Below, one piece after another: positions 56,370-64,000 of a DNA stretch of 64,000 nt. How positions within the stretch are numbered: the first letter of the stretch is position 1; the number at the start of each line of letters is the position of its first letter. The notes under the pieces are model-generated. The model was given only the letters and a program-made list of their open reading frames with translations, was not told the DNA's origin and did not search any database. Made by a program: the position numbers and the translations under genes. The DNA comes from Dehalococcoidia bacterium. Its GTDB lineage: Bacteria > Chloroflexota > Dehalococcoidia > Lucifugimonadales > UBA3495. The stretch is from the NCBI GenBank assembly GCA_034420695.1, contig DAOULB010000002.1, positions 7,817 to 71,816 on the forward strand, given 5' to 3'.

Positions 56370-57152
56370 CTAGGTGTGGAGCCGGTCGTAGGCTGTAGGG
56401 CGCTCGACGCCCCGTTCCCGGTCGAAGTCGGGGGCGTAAACCAGTTCCCCGGTCATGGTTTCCGGGGTCTGCAGGGCCAGGAAGACGGCGACGTCACCGG
56501 TGTCCTCGGGCAGCCGCATCTGCTTCCTGACCTCGATGTCGTAGTCGTCGTTGACCCTGGTGAGGACGCGGCCCGGGTCCAGGGAATTCACCGCGATGCC
56601 GAATTCCCTGACCTCGTCGGCCAAGGACTCATTCAGGCGCTGGCAGGCGGCCTTGGCAGCGCAATAGGACGCCTGTCCGGCCATGCCCTGCCGGGCTACG
56701 TCCCGGGACGCCAGGCCGATGATTGCTCCGGTGCGCCGCTCTACCATGTGGGGCAACACCGCCTTGCAAGTGAGGAAAGCGGTGGTCAGGTTGGAGTCCA
56801 GCACCCGCCGCCATTCGTCCTCGGCGGTGTCCACCAAGCTGATGCGGTGGACATGATTGTTGGTGTTCATGCGGTAGCCGCCGACGTTGTTCACCAGGAT
56901 GTCGATCTTTCCCAGCTCCCGGACCACGGAATCCGCTACCCGGACTGCTTCTTCTGCCACGGTAAGGTCGGCGCTTAACGCCAGCCCCTTCCGGCCCAGG
57001 GAGCGGACCTCTTGGGACACTTCCTCCACCTCAGCGCCGGTGCGGGAGACTACTGCCACGTCGGCGCCTTCCTTGGCGTAAGCCAAGGCGATGGCCCTTC
57101 CGACGCCCCGTCCGCCGCCGGTGACCAAGGCCGTTTTGCCTTCAAGTTGCAC
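56370..57152 (-). CDS. SDR-family oxidoreductase
   Basis: ALVTGGGRGVGRAIA, NNVG and YCAAKAA (YxxxK). Confidence 0.85.
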   Translation of the reverse strand: MQLEGKTALVTGGGRGVGRAIALAYAKEGADVAVVSRTGAEVEEVSQEVRSLGRKGLALSADLTVAEEAVRVADSVVRELGKIDILVNNVGGYRMNTNNHVHRISLVDTAEDEWRRVLDSNLTTAFLTCKAVLPHMVERRTGAIIGLASRDVARQGMAGQASYCAAKAACQRLNESLADEVREFGIAVNSLDPGRVLTRVNDDYDIEVRKQMRLPEDTGDVAVFLALQTPETMTGELVYAPDFDRERGVERPTAYDRLHT

Positions 57153-57245
57153 TGTTCAATTTCACCTTCCGATCGGGGTAGAAAACGAAAGGAAACCCGG
57201 TTTCTGCCCGGGGTCCCGGGCGGAAGGAGTCTCCCAAGAAAGGAA

Positions 57246-58064
57246 TCAGACGTGAAGCCGGTCGTAGGCCGATGGCCGATGGATGCCGTGCTCTTCGTCG
57301 TATTCGGGAGCGGCCACCAGTTGCCCGGACATGGTCTCCGGGGTCTGCAGGGCCATGTATACGGCCACCTTGTCCGGGGTCTGCAGGGCCATGTATACGG
57401 CCACCTCGGCAATGTCGTCGGGCAGCCTCATGCGCTTGTGGACTTCATCGTCGTAATCGTCGTTGGGCTTGGTCAGGTTCCAGCCGGGGTCCAGGATGTT
57501 GACGGCTACGCCAAAGTCCTTCACTTCGTCGGCCAAGGACTCGCTGAGCCGCTCCACCGCCGCTTTGGAGGCCCCGTAGGATGCCTGCCCGGCCCGGCCG
57601 CGGCGCGCCACGTTCTTGGAGGTGAGCATGATGATTACGCCGCTGCGGCGTTCTATCATGTGGGGCAGTACCGCCTTGCAGGCCATGAAGGTGGTGGTCA
57701 GGTTCGACTCCATGACCAGCCGCCACTCCTCCTCGGTTATGTCCAGCACGGTTACCGAGTGGGTCAGGTCCTTGGTGAAGAGGCGGTACCCGCCGGCGTT
57801 GTTGACCAGGATATCTATCTTGCCCAGCTCGTTGATGGTCTCTTGGGCCGCCCGGTTGGCGCCTTCGCTGGTGGTCAGTTCGGCTTTCACGGTGTGGGCC
57901 CGTCGGCCCAGGGAGCGAATCTCCGAAGCCACAGCCTCCATCTCCGAGGGAGTGCGGGCTACTATGGAGACATCGGCTCCCTCCCGGGCATAGGCCAATG
58001 CCATGGAGCGGCCCAATCCCCGGGCGCCCCCGGTTACCAGGGCGACTTTACCTTCCAGTTGCAT
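57246..58064 (-). CDS. SDR-family oxidoreductase, tandem paralogue carrying a 12-aa in-frame duplication
   Basis: ALVTGGARGLGRSMA, NNAG and YGASKAA. It is collinear with the 56370-57152 protein, except for VAVYMALQTPDK VAVYMALQTPET. Confidence 0.85.
   Translation of the reverse strand: MQLEGKVALVTGGARGLGRSMALAYAREGADVSIVARTPSEMEAVASEIRSLGRRAHTVKAELTTSEGANRAAQETINELGKIDILVNNAGGYRLFTKDLTHSVTVLDITEEEWRLVMESNLTTTFMACKAVLPHMIERRSGVIIMLTSKNVARRGRAGQASYGASKAAVERLSESLADEVKDFGVAVNILDPGWNLTKPNDDYDDEVHKRMRLPDDIAEVAVYMALQTPDKVAVYMALQTPETMSGQLVAAPEYDEEHGIHRPSAYDRLHV
57338..57409. repeat. 36-bp tandem direct duplication (2 units) inside the SDR gene
   Basis: ccggggtctgcagggccatgtatacggccacct occurs at 57338-57370 and again at 57374-57406. 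The period is 36 nt and in frame. Confidence 0.9.
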
Positions 58065-58202
58065 CTACGCTTCACCTATTTTGAGATGACAAGTAGGGAA
58101 CCCAAACTATATATCGCTGCAGTCACGGGGCTGCGATACAGCGATTAGGGTAATCCTCGCCGGCTACCGGCAATCCGTCTACAGGACGGCATGGGTTGCT
58201 GC

Positions 58203-58604
58203 TTAGGTGCCGACCCAGCCTGCCCCGCTGATGTCAATCACTTGGCTGTCGGGTCCCCGGAACTTGAGCTCGTAGTAGGACCGCCCGTTCTCGGGCTGCT
58301 GGTGGCCCAAGTCCAGCCGCCCCATGGCGGTGGCCCCTTCTTCTTCGAGTTTCTTGGTGGCGGCGTCCACGTCATCGACGACGAATCCCAAGTGGTCGAT
58401 GCCGGCGTAGCCTGGAATGTCCCGGGGAGACTCACCGTTGCCGTTATCGTTGCTCCTAAGGATGGCCAGGTTGATGTAGCCGTCAGACAGATAAACTCCC
58501 GTGCCGGCTTGGCCCACTTCCTCCAACTCGAATACCGACTTGTAAAAAGCGGCGGTCTTCTCCGGGTCCGGGGTGCGTATTGCGATGTGCTTAATCTTGG
58601 CCAT
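58203..58604 (-). CDS. VOC/glyoxalase-family protein
   Basis: IKHIAIRTPDPEKTAAFYKSVF...GIDHLGFVVDDVDAA. Start moved to ATG 58604 (GGAGGAAAG RBS). Confidence 0.8.
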   Translation of the reverse strand: MAKIKHIAIRTPDPEKTAAFYKSVFELEEVGQAGTGVYLSDGYINLAILRSNDNGNGESPRDIPGYAGIDHLGFVVDDVDAATKKLEEEGATAMGRLDLGHQQPENGRSYYELKFRGPDSQVIDISGAGWVGT

Positions 58605-58701
58605 GGCTTTCCTCCTGTCCCCAAATTTGGTTGTTTCACATCCGGCGGCGGCATTCACCGCATTAGTGCGGCTTCCGGCAACCGTGTAAGCCGGGCCGAG
58701 G

Positions 58702-59556
58702 TTAGACCCGCACCACGTCGGGAATGTCTTCCTCCACTCCCACCAGGAAGTCCCGGATCAGGCGGTTGAAGGTCTCCGGCTTCTCCGCCATGGGCAGGTG
58801 CCCGCAGTTCTCTATGACGTTCAGCTTGGCGTTGGGAAGGGCGGAGCGCAGGGCTTCTCCCTGTTCCACCGGGGCCAGCCCGTCCTGCTTGCCCCAGACC
58901 AGCAGGGTCTCGGCCTGGATGCTGGGCAGCATGGACGTCATCTCCGGGTCGGAAGAGCCCTCCTTGACCAGTTCTACTACCAAGCCCCGTCCCTTCCACT
59001 GGCGCTCGAACTCCGGCCCCCTCCGCACGTTCTCCCACTCCGCGCCGAACCCGTAGGACTGGGCGGTGGCGATGAGGCCCAGCTTAGCGAACACCGCGGT
59101 GGCAAAGGCTTCTTGGTCCAAGCTGCCCAAGTCGGGCGAGGCGGCGCCTGGAACGTCCAAGCCCATCGGGCCCGCCATTATCATCCGGCTGACGCGCTCC
59201 GGTGCCCGGGACGCCGCTTTCAGTCCGATCCAGCCGCCGATGGAGTGTCCGACCAAGGTGGCGCGTTCCAGTTCCAGCGCGTCCATTAGTTCCATAACCA
59301 GGCTGGCGTAGTCCGCCACGGACTGCAGCGATTCCGGCGGCTTTCCTTCCCTCCAACCGGGCAACTGGGGCAGGTAGGTCATGGCGGTGGTGCCCAAGGC
59401 CATGTGGCAGGCTTCCCACTTGCCGGCGCCCCCCATGCCGTGAAGGTAGAGCACCGGGTCAATGTCTTCGTCGGCACCGCCCACCAGGCAGGGAACGTCA
59501 AATTCCCCGACTTTCACCGCTTGGCGCTTGAAAATGGACCCGTCAGCGGCTCCCAT
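58702..59556 (-). CDS. Alpha/beta hydrolase (meta-cleavage-product-hydrolase-like)
   Basis: LYLHGMGGAG and the nucleophile elbow GHSIGG. The C-terminal CGHLPMAEKPE contains the catalytic His region. Confidence 0.85.
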   Translation of the reverse strand: MGAADGSIFKRQAVKVGEFDVPCLVGGADEDIDPVLYLHGMGGAGKWEACHMALGTTAMTYLPQLPGWREGKPPESLQSVADYASLVMELMDALELERATLVGHSIGGWIGLKAASRAPERVSRMIMAGPMGLDVPGAASPDLGSLDQEAFATAVFAKLGLIATAQSYGFGAEWENVRRGPEFERQWKGRGLVVELVKEGSSDPEMTSMLPSIQAETLLVWGKQDGLAPVEQGEALRSALPNAKLNVIENCGHLPMAEKPETFNRLIRDFLVGVEEDIPDVVRV

Positions 59557-59619
59557 AAAACCACCTCTTTGACGTCTGGGGTTCAGTTTCTTGGGCTCGG
59601 GCGGGTTTCTCCCGGGTGG

Positions 59620-60141
59620 TCACGCCGTTTCGTTCCACCAGAGCTTTACACATTCAAGCTCGAAATAAGAATCGTTGGCTTCAGGGTCCGGAAGTGAAGC
59701 GCCGTCGGGAAGGGTCACACCGAACCTGATGATGTAGTCCTCCCCGGATTCGGCCCTTTTCTGAACCGCCACGGCAGCGTCAGTCACCCGCTGGTCGGCT
59801 ATTTGACTGAAGTCCCCGTACCGGCCTTGGAACATGACGGTTCGCTCCGTAACGGAGTCCGGCCCGATCCTGTAGTAGGTCTCCAGGGTCACTTCCGCAT
59901 CGTCGGGGGCGGGAACGCCCTGCGCGTCCACCAAGCACAAGCGCATGGCGCAGCCCCGGTGCTCTGAGGTGGGCCCCACGAAGATCAACTGGTAGGGCAC
60001 GCCGTCGGGTCCCGGCGGCGGGACCACCATTTCCCAACCCACCGACACTTTGCCCTCTCCGGACTCCTGGAATTCCCCGCGGGTCTCCAGGGATTCCCGG
60101 GTCAAGGTGTAGTTGAAGTCTTCATACAAAGGAAGGGTCAT
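59620..60141 (-). CDS. hypothetical protein (173 aa)
   Basis: ATG ORF with balanced composition, co-directional within the catabolic cluster. No motif recognised. Confidence 0.5.
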   Translation of the reverse strand: MTLPLYEDFNYTLTRESLETRGEFQESGEGKVSVGWEMVVPPPGPDGVPYQLIFVGPTSEHRGCAMRLCLVDAQGVPAPDDAEVTLETYYRIGPDSVTERTVMFQGRYGDFSQIADQRVTDAAVAVQKRAESGEDYIIRFGVTLPDGASLPDPEANDSYFELECVKLWWNETA

Positions 60142-60192
60142 TTCTTGTTTGCTTCCTGATTTCTCTATCTCTCTTGTACTGCGGGCTTGGAG

Positions 60193-61359
60193 CTAAACGG
60201 CCCCAGCCTGCTTCTCGGGCGTCCTGACATTGCCGGCGTTGATGTCCTTCAGCCGGGGCATGACCTCCTCGGCGAACAGGCGCTTGGACTTTATGACGTT
60301 CTCGTGGGTGTTCTTGCCCACCCGGAACATGCCCAGGAAGTGGCCGTAACCGGCGGTCTGCATGTCGTTGGCCAGCCATTCCGTCACGTAGTCGGGGTCG
60401 CCGCAGACCACGAAACCGGTCTCCCGTAGCTTCTCGAAGGGGGTTCCAGGCCCTGGCATCTCGGCGCCGGAGGAGCGCTTGCGGTACTGGTAAGAGCGGT
60501 CGGTCTGTAGCCCCGGCACCGGCGCTGGCACCTGCACCGGGCGGCTGAAGGTAGTCAAGCGGCGGACGTACATCACGGCGTCGCGGCACTCTTCGATGGC
60601 TTTCTCGGTGGTTTCGGCCACGTGGATGTACCGGGAGCCAACAAACTGCTCGGGTCCGGCCTCCCAGCCGAACTTCTCCCTGGCGACTTCCTGGTAGTAC
60701 TCGAAGGCATCCTGGAAGACCACCGTAGGGTTCCACACCCGGGCGATGGGAATGCGCCGCTGGGCAGCGAACTCGATGGTTTCGGCAGAGCCGGCGGGCA
60801 TCCAGATGGGCAGCGGGTCCTGGATCGGCCGCGGCCACACCGACACCGCCTTCAAGTTGTAGAAGTCACCTTGGTAGTCGAAGATTTCTTCGGTGAGGCA
60901 CTTCTTGAGGATTTCGTAGGTCTCGGCAAAGCGCTCCCGGCTACTGAAGGGGTCGACGTTGTACGATACGTACTCTTGGGGGACTCCCCTCACTATGCCG
61001 CCGATGAATCGTCCCCCTGAGAGCACGTCCAGTTGGGCGAACTCCTCGGCGGTCTGCACCGGGTGGCGCAGGGGCAGGACGTGGCCGATGACGCCCACCT
61101 TCATCCGCTTGGTGCGGGCGATGAGCGCGGCGGCCAATACGGTGCACGATGGGTTGATGTTGAAGTAGGTGAAGTGGTGCTCGTTGACGAAGGCCCCGTC
61201 GAAGCCCAACTCTTCGCACAACTCCCACTCGTCCAAGTGCTCCCGGTAGGTGAGGGCCGCCAACTGGGGGTCGCAGAACTTGTTGGTCTGCCTGGACTCG
61301 GGACCGATTTCGTCGGGAATGCCGGGATAGGTGGTCTCGTCAAAGCTGTAAAATTTCAT
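60193..61359 (-). CDS. LLM-class (luciferase-like) flavin-dependent monooxygenase
   Basis: GFDGAFVNEHHF, VLSGGRFIGGIVRG. The size and layout fit bacterial luciferase-like monooxygenases. Confidence 0.85.
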   Translation of the reverse strand: MKFYSFDETTYPGIPDEIGPESRQTNKFCDPQLAALTYREHLDEWELCEELGFDGAFVNEHHFTYFNINPSCTVLAAALIARTKRMKVGVIGHVLPLRHPVQTAEEFAQLDVLSGGRFIGGIVRGVPQEYVSYNVDPFSSRERFAETYEILKKCLTEEIFDYQGDFYNLKAVSVWPRPIQDPLPIWMPAGSAETIEFAAQRRIPIARVWNPTVVFQDAFEYYQEVAREKFGWEAGPEQFVGSRYIHVAETTEKAIEECRDAVMYVRRLTTFSRPVQVPAPVPGLQTDRSYQYRKRSSGAEMPGPGTPFEKLRETGFVVCGDPDYVTEWLANDMQTAGYGHFLGMFRVGKNTHENVIKSKRLFAEEVMPRLKDINAGNVRTPEKQAGAV

Positions 61360-61458
61360 GCTGGCTCAAGCTCCATATCTTTGCTTGGTGAAGCTATCTT
61401 TTTCCGGGGAATGCGCCCCGGAACGCCGCCCCTTCCCGCTCCAATGGCTGCCCTGATT

Positions 61459-61977
61459 CTACAGGATAATGCTGACGGCCCCGTGGGCGTCCAAGGCTTC
61501 CAAGTCCAGTTCGGCCCGGCGGTAGCGAATCTTCCAACCGGGGCTGCTTCGCACCAATCGGTAGAAGAACCGGGCGACGTAGGGGTCGGCTTGGCGCATT
61601 CTCACCCGGTACACCAAGCACGACCCGGTGACCGAGACTTCTTCGCCGTCCGCCTCCGTGACCCGCACGTTGCTGATGAAACGCCGGGTGCGGGACCAAG
61701 GGTACTCCCGGTGGGCGTGGCGGCTGTTGAGCCGCACCACCCGGGCCCGGAGACGCACTATGTCGTCGTCAATGAACACTAGGTTTTCGCTGGGGTCGCC
61801 TTCGGGCAGGTCGGTGGTCGGCACCACGTAGCGGGCGTCCTCGGTGAAAAGGGTTACCCACTCGTCCAAGCGCCATTCGTCCAGCAACGCCGCCTCACGG
61901 TAGAGAAAGTCCTCCACCTCCAAGCGGAGACTGGCGTCGAAGACGACGTCCATCGGGTTGCCGTTGCGGCTAGTCAT
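61459..61977 (-). CDS. Aromatic-ring-hydroxylating dioxygenase beta subunit
   Basis: VEDFLYREAALLDEWRLDEWVTLFTEDARYVVP fits the SnoaL/NTF2-like beta-subunit pattern. It overlaps the alpha-subunit stop by 8 nt. Confidence 0.85.
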   Translation of the reverse strand: MTSRNGNPMDVVFDASLRLEVEDFLYREAALLDEWRLDEWVTLFTEDARYVVPTTDLPEGDPSENLVFIDDDIVRLRARVVRLNSRHAHREYPWSRTRRFISNVRVTEADGEEVSVTGSCLVYRVRMRQADPYVARFFYRLVRSSPGWKIRYRRAELDLEALDAHGAVSIIL

Positions 61978-63304
61978 CGCCGGTGGCTATCAACTCCGGG
62001 GTGAGGGCCAGGCGGTCTCGGCCGGGCTGGTCGACGGTGTCGACATGCCCCAATCCCATCATGTGGGCGTGCCATTGCCGCCACATGGCCCGCATCTGCT
62101 GCTCGTCGTTGCTCCTGGGGTCGCGGTGCATCCCCCTGGACATGTCGGACCACTCCAGTTCCTTCGCCTGGAAACCCCGCTGGCAAGACTCCAAGGCCTC
62201 CACGTCGTCCGGGGTGGCGAAGCCGCCGGGTCCCAGGAAGGTCAGGAAACTGTCCAACCGCCGGGCGAGCTGTTGGGACGACTCTTCGCGAGGCCCGAGG
62301 TTCCAAGCGGTAACGTCCATCCGGTCGGGAGCTTGGGGCCAGAACACCCGCACCGTGATGGCCATGATGTCGTTGATGACCAAGTTGGGGTATATCAGGA
62401 GGTTGCGGGAGGTGTCGCACATCCGGAACGCCCACTCCTCACCGTACTTGTTCACCAGCGCGGCCCTGATGCCGGATATCTCCTCCTTGGATTCCTCCCC
62501 GTACATCGGATGCCAGTGAGCAATGGGACGCCCGTTCCTGGCCTCGTTCTCGATAACGGCGTGCCCGTTGCCCAAGGCCCGGGCTATGCCGAACCGGCGC
62601 TGGCGGACGTCCACGCCGTCCTGGTCGGGGCCAAGGCTGGCAATGTAGTCCAAGTATGTCTGGTGGGTGGGGGCCAAGTGGTACCCGTCCATGCTGTTTT
62701 CGCAGAGCAGCTTCCAGTTGGCCCGCATGGTGTACTTGTTGGTGCCCTTGGTTATCTTCATGCCGGCCTCGGACTGGTCGGCAATCAGGTCCAAGTACTC
62801 CCTTGCCCCTGCAAGGTATTCAACCAGCGGCTCGACATGGGGGTTGAAGCTCACGAAGCAGAAACCCCGATAGCTCTCAACCCGGGGCGGTGGCATGAGG
62901 CCGAGCTGGGACTTTTGAAAGTTGGGGCCGTAGCCCTCTTCGTCGGGCACTCCAATCAACTGGCCCTGGTTGTTGAAGGTCCAAGCGTGGTAGAAGCACT
63001 GGAAAGACTCGGTGGTGCCTTCGTCATGGCGGCAGATCATGGCGCCCCGGTGGGGACAACTGTTCAGGAAGGCCCTCACCCGGCCGTCGCTGCCCTTGGC
63101 GAAGAAGAGTGGGCGTCCGGCCACTTCGCGGCGGCGGTACTCTCCGGGCTTGTCCACTTCCGACTCGTGGCCCAAGTACAGCCAGCACCGGTCGAAGACC
63201 CGCTCCTTTTCCAGCTCGAAAAGCTCCGGAGAGGTCAAGGCCGAGCGGTGGACCTTGAAGATGCCCTGGTCCCGGTCGTCGATAATCAGGTCCTTGATTT
63301 CCAT
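61970..63304 (-). CDS. Rieske-type aromatic-ring-hydroxylating dioxygenase alpha subunit
   Basis: Rieske CPHRGAMICRHDEG...FQCFYHAWTF, and the catalytic-domain NWKLLCENSMDGYHLAPTH. Start moved to ATG 63304 (GGGAG RBS); the track start is 63376. Confidence 0.9.
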   Translation of the reverse strand: MEIKDLIIDDRDQGIFKVHRSALTSPELFELEKERVFDRCWLYLGHESEVDKPGEYRRREVAGRPLFFAKGSDGRVRAFLNSCPHRGAMICRHDEGTTESFQCFYHAWTFNNQGQLIGVPDEEGYGPNFQKSQLGLMPPPRVESYRGFCFVSFNPHVEPLVEYLAGAREYLDLIADQSEAGMKITKGTNKYTMRANWKLLCENSMDGYHLAPTHQTYLDYIASLGPDQDGVDVRQRRFGIARALGNGHAVIENEARNGRPIAHWHPMYGEESKEEISGIRAALVNKYGEEWAFRMCDTSRNLLIYPNLVINDIMAITVRVFWPQAPDRMDVTAWNLGPREESSQQLARRLDSFLTFLGPGGFATPDDVEALESCQRGFQAKELEWSDMSRGMHRDPRSNDEQQMRAMWRQWHAHMMGLGHVDTVDQPGRDRLALTPELIATGDD

Positions 63305-63510
63305 CACGACTCCCAGCTTGGGGGGACTCCCAATGCCCTTTTGGGCAAGCCTATATGGATTGAATAGGACTGTCAACGCTCAGGGGACGGAAGACCACTG
63401 CCCGGAAGAGAGAAGGGCAGCGCGGGGAGAGCAGCGGGCAGGATGCAGGTTGTGGGGGCCGGTCCAAGGCGCCCCGCGGGGCGCCTTGGACTCTATAGCG
63501 GCGGTGTGGT

Positions 63511-64000
63511 TTAGGCGTATTTGCCGGAGATTTGGGGGGTGGTGCCTTCCCTGCCCTGCTCCGCCATTTCCAGGCGGGTGGTGCGGGCCCAGGTGCGCTT
63601 CAGGTCGTCGCTGACGCCGAACTGCAGGGTGCCCAGGCCCTGCACTTCCATGTCTATCCTGTCGCCGTCTTGGAAGGCGCTCAGGCCCCGGTGGTTGGTG
63701 CCGGTGGCGATGACGTCGCCGGGCTCCAGTTCGTGGATGGAACTGACCCACTCGATGATCCTGGGAATCTTGTGGGCCATGTCGTTGGTGTTGTAGTTCT
63801 GCTTCAGGTCCTCGTTGACCCACAGACGCACCGGCAGTTCGTGGGGGTCTTCGATCTCGTCGGCGGTCACCAGCCAAGGGCCCATGGGGGCGAAGGTGGC
63901 CCGGGACTTCATCTGGTAGAAGGTGTTGCCGCTGGGCGGCAGGCCGCGAGCGGAACCGTCGATGAAGTTCAGGTAACCGAAGACGTAATCGAAGGCGTCG
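63511..64000 (-). CDS. FAH-family protein; the N-terminus runs off the right edge
   Basis: MKSRATFAPMGPWLVT...PGDVIATGT is shared with the FAH protein at 42336-43136. The frame stays open upstream to 64000 (…FGYLNFIDGSARG…). Confidence 0.8.
   Translation of the reverse strand, partial: DAFDYVFGYLNFIDGSARGLPPSGNTFYQMKSRATFAPMGPWLVTADEIEDPHELPVRLWVNEDLKQNYNTNDMAHKIPRIIEWVSSIHELEPGDVIATGTNHRGLSAFQDGDRIDMEVQGLGTLQFGVSDDLKRTWARTTRLEMAEQGREGTTPQISGKYA

Noticed and set aside
57012-58148. 378-aa ORF spanning both SDR genes on the + strand
   Set aside because: It is antisense to two well-supported SDR genes and crosses their intergenic gap. Composition is Gly/Pro/Arg-rich.
61958-63367. 469-aa ORF antisense to the Rieske dioxygenase alpha subunit
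   Set aside because: The opposite strand has the Rieske CxH...CxxH and catalytic motifs. The antisense product has no motif and a biased composition.

Overview
GC-rich bacterial chromosomal window with no rRNA, tRNA or CRISPR array that I could find by eye. It splits into two parts.

(A) About 1-20.6 kb is an accessory, defence-type island. It contains:
- a tightly coupled five-gene minus-strand operon: 266-aa unknown, Walker-A-less ATPase paralogue, BrxD/DUF2791-like P-loop ATPase, 180-aa unknown, and a minimal SNF2 helicase that runs off the left edge
- a block of mobile-element debris and an IS6-like transposase
- a small PD-(D/E)xK-like protein
- a DUF4160 / DUF2442-HTH pair
- a type III-like restriction-modification module (1028-aa beta-class N6/N4 methyltransferase plus 1062-aa SF2 helicase-nuclease)
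- an IS3 fragment, a second diverged IS6-like transposase, an orphan AlpA-like gene and a decayed IS5-like transposase

(B) About 20.6-64 kb looks like core genome. It contains:
- a permease, dehydrogenases, a CDF-like protein and an FTR-like protein
- a complete Alternative Complex III cluster followed by ccmH/ccmF/ccmG-like genes
- ROK kinase, SDRs, FAH, RmuC, NadE, two MFS transporters, RidA and RelA/SpoT
- an aromatic-type catabolic cluster: two tandem SDRs, VOC, alpha/beta hydrolase, LLM monooxygenase, Rieske dioxygenase alpha/beta and FAH

The best candidate for an undescribed system is the five-gene SNF2 / ATPase / pseudo-ATPase operon at 1-5112. It may work together with the neighbouring methyltransferase-helicase module.

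All family assignments come from motifs I read in the translations. No database search was possible. The gene content is reminiscent of aerobic Chloroflexota, but that is only an impression.
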